Of a stretch of 64,000 nucleotides of DNA, positions 38,267 through 51,000 are shown in pieces. Numbering within the stretch: position 1 is the stretch's first letter; the number at the start of each line of letters is the position of its first letter. A program made the translations under genes and the position numbers. Source of the DNA: Geosiphon pyriformis uo1 (Eukaryota; Fungi; Glomeromycota); the NCBI GenBank assembly GCA_016748015.1, contig JAAOMT010000603.1, positions 477,532 through 541,531 on the forward strand, given 5' to 3'. Under the pieces are notes generated by a model. It worked only from the letters and a program-made list of their open reading frames with translations. It searched no databases and was not told the origin of the DNA.

Positions 38267-38297
<31 letters not shown>

Positions 38298-38721
38298 TAG
38301 ATTAATATATGTATTTTAATGTAAAATAAATAAATAAAAATATATTACCAATTTTTTTAAATTTAATTTTGTTATAAAAAACTTTTTTTATTTTTTTATT
38401 TTATGATTATAACTAAAACAAAGTGTAAAAAAGTTTTAAATGTTATTTTTTTTATAGTAATTAATAAAATTTCAATAAAAAAAGAGAACTTAATACTAAT
38501 AAAAAACTTTTTTCTCTCTTTCATCTCAAATTCCTAAAAAAGAGTCAAAAGTTTTTGAAAGAAGTTTTTTAACCATTCAGTATGATAAAACCAAACTGTT
38601 TTTTGACTTCGAGACCACCATTGGCCCTAGTATAGCTGTCATAGAAAAGATTGCAAAAAATTCTGGTTCTAGTAGGGGTTTCAAATCTGTTCTGTCAAGG
38701 AAAAAGAGAAAAGGCATTGCT

Positions 38722-39998
38722 TTGGATGAAAGTGTTGATGTGAAAGTGGTTTCTGCTAAACTGTCTGGTGGTCATTCATGGGGGTCTGAAACTGGTGATA
38801 CTATTGAGTCTAAGAGTGTTGACATGGAAGAAGAATGTCTGGTAGAAGAAACCAGCTTCAATTACAGTAAAAATGGTGCACTTGCTAATGGGGATCCTAA
38901 TCAAACACCAAAGAATTCTAAGATCAAGACCAAAAAAGCATTGGACAAGTCTCTAAGGATAATCAACTATGTGACTGGCAGTGAGAATAATGATGTTTTG
39001 AATGAGTTTGCTCTTCTCCCACCCCTTCTTCTAATCAAGTCTTCTGTTCAAATTTCTGTGTGCAAATCTTTTGCTTTAGATATTGATTTTGTTTCCATCA
39101 CTGTGAATTCTTCTTGGGAAAAATTGGGTTTTATTAGGAAAATTTTCTCTGGTGTAAACAGTTTTGAAAGGGTCTCTACCCCCTCAAAATTTGGTAGAAT
39201 TATCTGTGTTACTTTTACATCTGAGAAGGTGATGATAAATGCGGCTAATTTAGCCAATGATTGTGGTGTTGTAGTAAATACCAATCTCAAGCACCCAGTC
39301 AACAATCATATGAATCGGGCTATTGTTTTGAAAGAAATTTCTGTAGGCACTTCTGTGGAGGCTGTGTGGGCTGCAGTGTCTGCTTTTAGGAAGATTAAGG
39401 TGATCAAAATGCAATTGGTGGGTTTGTGGCAAAAGGCAATCATTAAATTGAAGGATTAAGATCAAGCTGATCTGTTGGCTTCTGAATGGTCCATCCTTAG
39501 CAGGAAAGATGCAGTGCAAGTGGCCAGGGCTGATATTAATAAACAATTGTGAAAAGCCAAAGATAGTTATAGGGCTTTGCTGTATACTCTCCCTATAGGA
39601 ACTATTGCTCATGATTTATGGGATTTCATTGGATCTGTTGGTGGGAAAACTTGCTTCATCGATCGTAATCCTGCCAGTTACTCTCGTGTCTACTGTGCCA
39701 CTGTGTGTTTTAGTTCTGAAATGGAATTGGTTAAAACAATGGCAGCAACTCCAGTTATAAAAGGTGTTGGTCTCCATTGGTTTCATCTCTCTTTGGCTTC
39801 ATGTGTGGTCTACAGGAATTTTGGTCATACATCTCTTAGTTGCAGATCTGTTAAAGATACTGTGATTCTGGGTGGCAAAAAGACTCTCCTTTTGACCCAG
39901 AACCAGCTCAGATTAGTGAAAATTTATGCAAAAAAATCTGCATCTATTTCTCGCTCTTTGACTTTCAGTGGTAAGACTTGGGCATCTGTAGTTGGTGC
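38722..39998 (+). pseudogene. LINE ORF1 (N-terminal and central part), premature stops
   Basis: Contains SFALDIDF, RAIVLKEISVGTS and LYTLPIGTIAHDLWDFIGSVGGKTCFI, plus a degenerate knuckle. It is cut at GKTWASVVGA by an LTR. Confidence 0.8.
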
Positions 39999-40978
39999 TG
40001 TTACCAGAGGTTTTTGGTCTCTTCTTAGCTCTTGTATGTTTGTTGTAATGCTGTTAATTCACAACTATGAGAAGTGTTTTGAATCTCCAATAACTGAATT
40101 TATTTTCAAATTATCTCTTATAATTTGAACTGCTGGGCTTATGAATGGAATGATTAATTCCATGTCAGTTACTTTGTATAATTACATTGTAGTAAACATC
40201 AACTCTTTTCCAGGAAATGCTCATTTGGAAGCTCACTAAAATGTGTAGTTACTTTACTGTAAAAGTCAACTCTTCTATAGAAATTCTTATCTGTAGAATA
40301 CCCAAATAATTTATAATAAGAAAAGAAGAAAAATAAAAAAAATGTAAAAGAAATTGAATTCTGTCAAGAAAAACGTTTTCTATCCAGGCCTGGAGTCACT
40401 AACAGTTTACTGAAATTGGTAGCTAATCAATTTCAAAATGTTAGTTGGGTTTTGGGGATTTTCCAAGTGCAATAATTAAAGAATTTGGTTTTTTGAATTA
40501 TTTGATATTTATTTCTTTTTGTGTGTATAGGAACGGTTTTAAGTAATAAATCTAAAGATAAATACATTTTCTCAAAGAAAAAAGCTCTTTTTTTATACAA
40601 CTTGTCATAACACTATTCTATAAACTTGAACTTTGCTATTTTCTACAATTTTGCTGAACTAAAGATATATTTCAGTGAACTACAAGTTATTTCTGCGAAC
40701 TATTAGATATTTTGGTGAACTATCAATTATTTTGGCGAATTTCTACAAATTTTGGCAAACTTTTTGAATGTTACATAGTTCAAGATATTGCATAATTGAT
40801 CATCACAATTAGGTTACATTTGTGTTATGTACAAATTGGGTTATTAATTAAATGATGATTTTGGATATTTTGCTAATATAATAAGTGATAATTTGAAATG
40901 ATAATATATGTTAATTAATGATAAGATTTATAAGGGTAATTTTATGCTAAACAATATTTCTAATTTCATCTAGTAACA
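39999..40978 (-). repeat. 3' LTR of gypsy copy B (~980 bp)
   Basis: TGTTA...TAACA termini, homologous to the LTRs at 46994 and 53187. Confidence 0.92.
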
Positions 40979-42410
40979 TAACCTCCTCCTCAAGACTGAG
41001 CTCCGTCGAAGTTCAAGTACTATCTGTAATTTCCAGATAATAATCCAAAATTATTGAAGAAATTTGGTCTGAGAATTGTTGAAATTTCAGTTCTGTAAGC
41101 TTTCCAATGTATTGAATCTTCAAAGGCTGTAAAATTGGTGGCTTTCTGAAGCAACTCAGTAGGCTTGCTGTCGTCTTGGTTTGGCATCTCCTGTATAGAT
41201 TTGGTGTTGGACCAATTCGGTTCTTCCTAAGTCATTGTTGTTTTCAGCAAAAATATTGGCAAATTTTGCAATTAGCTCTTTGAGCTGGCTCTGTTGTTGT
41301 GGTTCAAGTTGTCCCATGTTAATTTGAGATGGTTTTTTTATGACAACATGGTAGTTTTCAGAGCTGGAGTTTGGGTTGATTTTTGGTAGTAAATGTTCAA
41401 TAATTTCAGAGAAATCGGGGACTATTTGGAGTAATTCTTGTTAAAAGATATTACTGTGAATAATTCCAATTTCTAAGTTATTTAATAAAACTATGGGGAA
41501 ATTGTTGGGATTGTAAAAAGTAACTCGGATTTTTTTTGTTCCTTCTGGAATATAAATGTTTGGGATTGAAATATTATGTTTCAAGCAGATTTGTTCGTTG
41601 GACTCAAAAATTTGTTGTGTGGTTGTTGGCTTTTCACAAGTGTAAATTTCAGGGTATTCTCCAAAGGGTGAAATGGTAATTGGTTGTGGAAGTCGTAAAA
41701 TTTGGTGAGATTCTTTCTGTTTGTTGAGAGCTATGTTTACTGGAACTGTGAATTGTCCAGTTGAACCAAAACCTTGGATTCCTCTTTCACTTTCTCCCAA
41801 TAGTTCTCTTTGATTGACTAATTGTAAACCCAAAATGTTGATTAAGAGTAAATAAATGGCTTGGGCAATTTTCTCAGCATGTTCAATCTTAAATAGCTTG
41901 TCAGTTTTGTTTTGGAGTATTACTGTTATGTCACCAGTATATCCAGCATTGATTATTCCTCCTCTGACATTGATTCCTTTGTTTGCCAGAGAAAACTGGG
42001 AGGTGATTTGAACCATTGCTCCTAGCAGGATTTCGAGAACAATTTTGAGGTTGATTTTTGTGAGAAATTTGGGTTTGAGAATGAGAGTATCCTTGTCTAG
42101 ATATCTTAGGTCATATCCAGCATTAATTTCATATGCTTTTTCAGGTTTTATTCCTTGTCCATTGTTGTTGAAGTATTTGAGTTGTAAGACAGGCTGATTT
42201 TCGATAAGATAGATAGGTGTTGTTTCAATTTCTTCTGTTGCTTCAGGTTCTCCAAATTCAATTTCATTTTCATCACTTTCACTGGGCAAGGAAATGCTAA
42301 GAGCGTAGCATTCAGAACACCATTGTTCATTACAAAACATTATGTATTCCTTACATAATTTAATGTTCATTTGTTCTAGCCGTTGAGCTTGAGCTTTTTT
42401 AGTCAGGTAG
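39999..42410 (-). mobile_element. 5'-truncated Ty3/gypsy copy B: Cys motif, dUTPase, RT start, ORF3 tail, PPT, 3' LTR
   Basis: Reverse-complement homolog of 51150-54175. dUTPase motifs AGYDL, GGIINAGYTGDI and RGIQGFGSTG are present. The PPT is at ~40982-40991. Confidence 0.92.
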
Positions 42411-42517
42411 AGATTGGAAAAAATGTTGGAAAAACTTTCCAAATCTTTTTTAAGCTTATTTGCCTGCTTTGATGGTTTAGCTCTAACTGGTGGTGCATCC
42501 TTACAAATTTCTTCTCA

Positions 42518-45500
42518 ATGAATGAGCTAATCTGAAAGGTAGCCATGTGCAATGTTTGTGGAATGAACAATCTTGCAAAACAAGATAATGTTATTCATTG
42601 GCATAGGAACATAAACAATCTTATTTCCATTGTTATGGAGTCTAAACTTAAAGGAAAGATTCAACTCTGGTTAACCAGCAAATTTGATGGTGTCCAGGTA
42701 TTTACTTCTGGTCTGGATTCTGGTTATCTGGGTGTTGGCATAGTGATTATTATGAACTCTTTTTTGGCTAAACATGTGTATAAGATCTCTAAAGTGCCAG
42801 GTCAGCTCCTATCCATTAAGTTGCTTTTCAAAAATAAACTTTTGGTATCAATTTTAGAACTTTACACAGGTGCTTCTTTGGTGGTTCAGTTTGCTCAGGC
42901 TGATAAGATCAACTCTCTCATCGCAAGGGCTGTTAATGAATCTTTTTTTGTTGTCTTCGGTGGTGATTTTAATGAAGATGGGTCTCATAAGTGTGCTAGT
43001 TTCAAAAAATGCCTTGATTTAGGACTGGTCAATTCTTTAGTTGGGAGTGAGTTTTTGAAGATGCCTACTTGGGCAAATTCTAGAGGCATTAGAAAAACAA
43101 TTAATTTTGTGTTCATATCTCCTAATCTGGTTAATGTGTTAGTGCATCATGATGTCTTGGATGTCAGTGAGCATTTTGACACAGATTATCGGACTGTTTC
43201 TGTGTCCTTGGGTTTGGGTGGGCTTTTAAATATACAGTTGAACTCTCTTCACAAACAAGCAAACAAAAACAGATAGAAGTTTAATTTCAGAGGCACTAAT
43301 GAAAATAAATGGATTAACTTCAAGTGTACTATATTGGATAATGTTATAATGTTTGCAGATGAGTTTTTTGCTTTAATAAGATTGTCAGATTTAGATGCAA
43401 TGTGGGGGGTTGTTCACAAAATTTTCATTCTTTTGGCAAACAAAGTGTTCAAAAAGAAATAGTTTAAGGAGTTTGATGAGGTCTTCACCAAGAATTCTTC
43501 GAGATTTCACAAGTTAGAGCTTTTGGTTTCTAGGATTGTCAAAGCATCTCATAAGAAAGATGGTGAGTATTTTGCTTCTCTCATAGAATGTTGGAATTCT
43601 CTGGATAGTGATAGGACTTTAGTCATTCAGTCTCTGATTGCTTCTGATATGAACTCTGGTCAAGTTCATTCTGCTCTTTTGGGTGTTAGGAAATCTTATC
43701 ATGCATTTAAACTTGTTAAATCTCAGTGTGCTAAAGAGGCTCACATCAGATCTGCCATTGATAAAAAGATGGAGAGTTTTGGAGTGAATAAGAATCATAC
43801 AATAAAGAGTGTTTTTGAGCATCCATTTCATAAGGTGGTGCTTAATCACTTGATTGTCAATGATGAACTGATTTTGGAATCTGATCTGATTAAGTCTGAG
43901 GTAGATGTAATTATGGAGAGTTGGACCAGGAAACATAGGGTGGTTGATAATGTTTCGGATGATTGGTGCTGCCAATACCATCCGTTGGAGTATGTTTTTG
44001 ATGAAGCTTTCTCTGGTATAATGTGTCCAATCAGTTTTGATGAATTGTTTAGGATAATTTCTGATCTTCCTGATGGCAAAGCTGTTGGTTTGTTGGAGAT
44101 ATCTAATAAGCTTTGGAAACATTGGAATAAGTTGGTTCTAGACATGTTGTTGGTACTTTTAAATTCTTGTTTAACTGGTGAATTTGTGCCTGGTCCTTGG
44201 AAAGAGGCCTGAGTCTTGATGATTCTCAAACTCTATGAATGGGAGGGCATTTTGACAAATACTCATCTCATTGCTTTGATTGAAATGACCTGTAAGATTT
44301 TTTCCAAGGTTCTCTCTGATAGGATTTCTGCAGCTTACAGTGCTTTTAATGTTTTTCATGAGGACAATTTTTTGGTTTTGAAGGGTACAACTACTTAGTC
44401 TCCCATTTTTGCTATTGGTTTGGTAATTGAAGATGCCTTGGAAAAGGACCAAGAACTCTGGTTGGTTTTGCAAGACATATGAAAGGCCTATAATTCGGTC
44501 AGCTGGAAGCATCTCAAGAAAAGTTTGATTAGGATTAAGATGTGCAGCAAATTTATTTGATTTTTTGGTAATATTTACAGAGATTATACCAACTGAGTTA
44601 TGACAGATTTTGATTTGACTAATGGTTATCGTGTTCATAATAGTTTAGATCAAGGGGAAGTTTTTTCCTCACTTCTGTGGCACATCTTTTATGATCCTCT
44701 GTTGTGTGAAGTTAAGTGTTAGGAAAGTGTGTATAGATATAGGTTGAACTCTTATTTTGTTTCTAGAAGTGGTTACCCTGAATCCCAGGCTGGGCTCTCT
44801 TTATTTTTTTACTGCTGGTGCTTTTGTTGATAACACAATTTGGGTTGGTAGCAGTCAGATTGCTACTCAACATATTCTTAATATTGCCAGTGAATTTTTT
44901 CAGATTAATGACATCTCAATTAATAATGACAAAACAGTGGTCATTCTAATCAATAGCAAGATCAGTAGTCTTTCTCTTTCTATTAGTGGTTCACCCATCT
45001 TTATTGCCAAAAAGAAGAAGTCTCATTGGTATCTGGGTATTTTTTTTTCAACTAAAGGTCTTTCAAAACCTAGTTTGGCTAAAGTGCATTCAGATATTCA
45101 ATTTTTTGTCAATTTGGTCCTGAAAAAGGCTGTCTCTAATAAACAATACTTGTACTTGGTTTTAGCGGTCCTCCAACCCATTGTCAGCTATCAGATGCAA
45201 TTTAGTTTTGTTCCAATCGGCATTTGTGACAAGTAGGATGCTCTGGTTTGTAGGGATTTAAAGCTTAAGTCTGGTCTTTTGCTCAATTTTCTTAATGATA
45301 CACTTCATCACCCTTTTTTTTATGGTTTAAAGTCATTTTTACAAGTTCAGTCTGAATACAAGATTGCCTCTCTTGTCAGTTTTGTGAACTCTGTTGGGAT
45401 TTTGGGTTGCTTGTTTTCTCATAGATCTCATGATTTACAAGTCTGGTATTGGTGCCCTGTTCATTCATTGAATTTATCTGTTTGTATTTGTGTTAGCATT

Positions 45501-46993
45501 TCTAATAACTTTTTGGCAGGGATGGTCCAAATTCTTCTTGATTGCAATTTGTCCTTGGGTGGCTCTTTAGCCAATTCTTTTCAGTCTTGTGGTAGCATGT
45601 TCATGTCTGCTATTCTAGGCAAGTCGAAGTTTTCCAGGTTTTTCTCTTCTCTCCAGAAGTACAGTGTTGCTTTTGTGGATCAACTTTGTGATCATCATGG
45701 CACTGTATTTGATTGTACACTTTCAAGTGATGGAAGAGGCTCGACTCTCATGGCCCCATTCTTGAGTGGTTCAAGCTTGCTATGGCTTTTCTCGATGGTG
45801 TGAATTTTTTTTTTGCTGGTCCTTTGGTTTTGGGTAGTGCTGTTTTTATGAACATCCTTGAATCTGGTGATTTTGTCTCTATTCATGACTGTCTTTCTCA
45901 TGTTGGTTCAAGTGAAATATCTATATACACAGATGAATCTCTGAGAAATTTAAGCACAGCTGGCTGTAGGGCTGGTGCTGCTGCTTTTTTTGAGAACATT
46001 GGTATGGGTCTGGGTATTGGTGTAACAGGTTTAATGTTATCTACTCTTGCAGAATTGCAGGCTATTACATTGGCCCTGGAGTGTGTTTTCCCATCTAGCT
46101 CTGTATAGTTGTTTTCAGATAGTCAATCTGCTTTAAATGCATGCAAGTCTGAATTGGGTCTTGTGTGTCCAGATTTTTGTAATTAGTGTTGGGTTGAGTG
46201 CCAACATATTGCTAATATTATTGGATGTAAGAATTTACATGTTAGTTGACACAAGATTAAAGGTCATTCTGGCGTTTTCAGGAATGAACATGCTGACTTG
46301 ATTGCTGATGCTGCCTTTTTTTTTGGTTGACATCTTCTTCCTCACTTGGATGAATGCTATATAGTTGCTAATGGTAATGTCATTTCTGGCAACTTCAGAT
46401 ATTTTGTTTGTGATATTTACCATTCCATTTGTTATACATGTTGGGAAGTTGGTTCTGGCTCTAAGTTCTTGGCTGATAGCTTGCTCTCTAAGATTGATTG
46501 GTCCCGCTCCTCGCTGGTTTGGCATTCTGATTTGCATATGGCCACTGGTTTCACTAGCAGACTTTTGGCTCGCATCTGTACTTATTTTATGAAAGCTTTG
46601 CATCATTGGCTTTCTGTCGCAGTTTGGAAGTGCCTCTATAATAGACATTATCCTAGTGTGCTTTGTTTGTATTGTGGTAAGGTGGAAACTTCAGATCATG
46701 TGTTTTTTTGTAAAGTCAATAATTCTGCTCAATTCCATATATTGGACTCTCATGTTGCTTCTTGGAGAACGCTTTCTGGTTTATCTCATTTTTCTTCTTG
46801 TGTGTTGTAGCTGCTGTCATCTTGTGTTTCTGATTTTTCAGTCTCTATGGCCCTTTATAAGAGTTTTGTGTTTAATGGTTGGTTTCATGAGGCTGTCTCC
46901 ATCTTTCATGATCTGAAGATTGCTGGTTTGGAGGTTGTTAAGTTTGTAAGATCTTTTGGTCTTGCCTTTAAAGATAATATATGGTCAGTCCAT
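42518..46993 (+). pseudogene. LINE ORF2: apurinic endonuclease, reverse transcriptase, RNase H, CCHC finger (C-terminus continues at 54180-54392)
   Basis: EN: GGDFNE and SEHFDTDY. RT: LQDI*KAYNSVSW, LDQGEVFS and AFVDNTIW. RNase H: IYTDES, STLAELQAI, FSDSQSA and KGHSG..NEHAD. Finger: CLYCGKVETSDHVFFC. Many stops. Confidence 0.93.
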
Positions 46994-47982
46994 TGTTACC
47001 AGACGAAATTAGAGATATTATTTAGCATAAAATTATCTTATAATTCCTATCATTAATTAGCATATATTATTGTTTCAAATTATTACTTATTACATTAGCA
47101 AAAATGTCCGAAATTATCATTTAATTAATAATCCAAATTATACACAACACAAATGTAACCTAATTGCAATGATCAATCATGTAATACCCCAAACTATGTA
47201 ACATTCAAAAGTTTGCCAAAATTTATAGAAATTTGCCGAAATAATTGATAGTTCACCGAAATATCTAATAGTTTGCAGAAATAACTTGTAGTTCACCGAA
47301 ATGTATCTTTAGTTCAGCAAAATTGTAGAAAATAACAAAGTTCAAGTTCATAGAATAGTGTTATGACAAGTTGTATAAAAGAAGAGCTTCTCTCTTTGAG
47401 AAAATATATCTTACTTTAGATTTATTACTTAGAACCATTCTTACATACACAAAAAAGAAATAAATATCAAATAATTCAAAAAACCAAAACTCTTTAAATT
47501 ATTGCACTTGGAAAATCCTCAAAAACCCAACTAACATTTTGAAATTGATTAGCTATTAATTTCAGTAAACTGTTAGTGACTTCAGACCTGGATAGAAAAC
47601 ATTTCTCTTGACAGAATTCTATTTCTTTTACATTTCTTTTATTTTTTTCTTTTCTTTTCTTTTCTTTTTACAATCATTAGGGTAGCCTACAGACAAGATT
47701 TCTGTAAAAGAGTTGACTTTCACAGCAAAGTAACTATACATTTTAGTGAGCTTCCAGACGAGCAATTTCTGGGAAAGAGTTAATGTTTACTACAACGTAA
47801 CTACATAAAGTAACTGGCATAGAATTGGCCATTCCACTTATAAGTCCAGCAGTTCAAATTATAGGAGATAATTTAAAGATAAATTCAGTTATTGGAGGTT
47901 TAACCACATCCAAAAAACGTGAATTCACAGCAAACAAGCATCGACAACATTTAAAAAAAGAGACCAAAAACCTCTGGTAACA
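46994..47982 (+). repeat. 5' LTR (989 bp)
   Basis: TGTTACCAGA...TCTGGTAACA inverted termini; direct repeat of 53187-54175. Confidence 0.96.
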
Positions 47983-47984
47983 TT

Positions 47985-48000
47985 TGGTGCTCTCCCACAG
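47985..48000 (+). other. Primer-binding site TGGTGCTCTCCCACAG
   Basis: TGG-initiated sequence 2 nt after the 5' LTR. The cognate tRNA (3' end ...GAGCACCA) was not determined. Confidence 0.75.
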
Positions 48001-48027
48001 AAATAACACAGTAACAACAAATTCAAA

Positions 48028-51000
48028 GTGGCGACCACACCAGACACAACAACTCTAGAGTATTACCAATCAATTTACATCTACTGCAAGCAAAAATTCA
48101 ACATTCCAGACGGAATTGAAGTTGTCAAGAAATCAGTATACCAATACATTGAAAACTGTATTAACAATTATCTTTTTGGAAATTACAATATCTCAAAAGT
48201 TAAAAGCAACCTTTACAATAATTTAGCACACTATTCACAGTTGGGAACTGAAGATCTTAACAGTGAAACACTTGCCACTTACTTTCACGAACTTAATTTT
48301 AACATTATCAAATACTGTAAAAAAACATATCCAGTGCAGTCTTAATACACTATTGATTTTGAATTGGAAACAGAAACAAGCAACAAAGACAAAAACAAAT
48401 TAAAGCAATATTCAAGAACCATCCCAAATACTCCAACACTACCGAAAACAACTGCCAAACATTTACAAACACCTGAACAAGGAACCAGTTCAAAACTTTC
48501 ACTTATTATCACACCTTTTTCAGCTTCACTTGCACAAGCACAAACACCTAATTCACCCTTGAATCGATTTGCAAGACCAGAAGATTTTACATCACTCAGA
48601 AGTCCTACCAGACAACAAGAACCCCTTCAAACTAGTTCCAATCTTCTTGATTTTCTAGCTGAAAATCAAAGTGAACACTCTGAGACAGCAGCAAACAAAG
48701 AAAACAACTCTAAAATAACTGAAGAAGAATCAATAGACAGTGAAAACAAAGAAGACAAAATGACAACATACATCGCAAAAATCCCTGAATTCAATAGAGA
48801 AGATATTGAGACCAGTCCCCAAGAATGGCTCAACCAAGTTATTAAAGCTGGAGATGTAAATAGATAGAATGCTGCCAGAATGTTAAGAACAATTCCCTAC
48901 TTTCTCAAAGGAACAGCAGGAGAATGGTTTGAAAACTTGGCTGCCCCATTCAATGATTGGAATGCTTTCAAAGCAGCCTTCCTTGAACAGTTCACCGACA
49001 ATAATATCTCTATCACCCTTTGTAATCGTTTTCGAAATATCAAACAAGAACCTTCTGAATCTGTTATGACTTATATTGGGAAATTCAACAAACTTCTCAG
49101 ACAAATTCGCCAACTCAAAACAAACGATTATTATTCTGATGCTCAAATCTTGGATCAATTTATTGCTGGTCTAAAAGATAAACTAATTAAAAAAGTTCAC
49201 CCACATGTGCCAGAAGATTTAAACTCTGCCATACAGCATGCGAAAAGATACAAAATGGCCATGGAAGAGGCCAATCGCACAAAACTTGTAAATTTGGCAA
49301 TTGGAGAAACCAGCTCAGCAGCTAAGGAAAAAATTGACCAACTTACAAAGAAAGTTGAAAACTATTTTATCAATCAATAACAACAGCAACCCCAAAGATA
49401 TCAACCACCCCAAAGACGAAACCAAAATAACTTTGCGCCACTTTCCAATAACTAGTCTCAGAATTGCCATTATTGTGAAATCTCTGGCCACTGAAAAAGA
49501 GATTGCAGAAAGCTACAACGAGACCAACAAAATAGGAGTAATCAACATTACTCTCCACCACAGCAATCTTATTATCAACTACCACCACCAGCTTACTATC
49601 CACCAAGACCCCAATACCAAAATAACTATTATCAGCCAGCCCCACAGCCAATCCAACAGCAATACCAACAACCACCCACACAACATTATCAAGTATCTGC
49701 TCGAAGACTGATTACACAAAATCAATTCACACCACCAAACTGATACCAAGTAAACAACAATAGAATCAGTTCGAACAACTAATTGGTTCTCCAAAATACC
49801 ACTTAACCAAGACCCAACTACTACCACACTCAACCCAGTTATTTAACAATGCCAGAAGAACAGGATTTTTACCATACTGCACTCTCGGAAGATAGAACTG
49901 CAGCACAACAACAACAAAACCCTTCTTATACTCCCACCACAATTCCACCAGCCAGAATTACTGAAAACACTAACCTTTCAGATATATTCTCTTTTGAGTT
50001 CAAAGCAAATGAGTCACTATTTCTGCTTAGCAATGCAGCCACCAATAAACAAAAAGCAATCACGGCCATGTACACTGAAGCCGAAATCGAAAGAAAGACA
50101 ATTCACTTGATTCTAGACAGTGGATTTGCCAGAAGCATTATCACCTACCAGTTAATGCAACAGTTGAAAAAAAATGTCGACCAACCAGCTCAAACAGTAA
50201 TCGTCACTGCCGATGGCATGAAAAAGACCCCAGTAGGAGAAATTGACAATTTTCCGTTCACTCTTGATGGAATCACCATTCCAGTTAAAGTTCTTATAAT
50301 AGATGCACCCCAGTACCAAGCTCTCGTCGAAAATGATTGGCTTCAAAAAGCCAATGCTAATCTGAATTGGGAAACACAAGAGTTAACAATCTCCTACCAA
50401 AGACAACATGCCCAGGTACCTGCCATTTGTGGTACATTCAACAAACGCTCTGAAAAAGCCCCAGCTTTTGAATTCGAACTGGAAGAGGAAAAACCCCTCA
50501 TTGAAACATTCATGGCTCTTGGATCAATGTTCAACTGGGCTGATGAAACAGAACAAGAACATTTTACCCCACACTCTGAACCCAAAACCTCTGGATAGAA
50601 TATCCCTTACTCAAAACCTGAACCAAGAAAACAACACTCTTATATTCCCCTTAAATATAAGGACTGCCACAAGAAACTATCATCAATGGGAGCCTGCATT
50701 TTACCTAAAGAAGAATATAAAAATCATACTTGTTATTACTGTAAGGCTTGCCACAGAGAATGATGGGGCCATCTAATAAAAAGGAGTGGAAAATGAGACA
50801 ACACCCCTTGTTTGACTTGTGGAAATATGCTACTGAAAGAATACAATTGGATTAATGTAGCCATGAGAGGAGGAGTCTGCGATCAGACCTGCCAATATGC
50901 TTTATCAATTTCAGAAAAAGTAAAAAGAGGAACACCCTTTAATGCGGCATACAATAGTGCTCTCAACAAACTTTATCACTACCCCCATGATGCTGAGATG

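Noticed and set aside
41441-42442. 333-aa stand-alone dUTPase gene
   Set aside because: The N-terminus is antisense LINE sequence across a deletion junction at ~42410, and the rest is a gypsy pol fragment.
47205-47330. CRISPR-like spaced repeats
   Set aside because: Degenerate tandem units with no unique spacers, inside a eukaryotic LTR.
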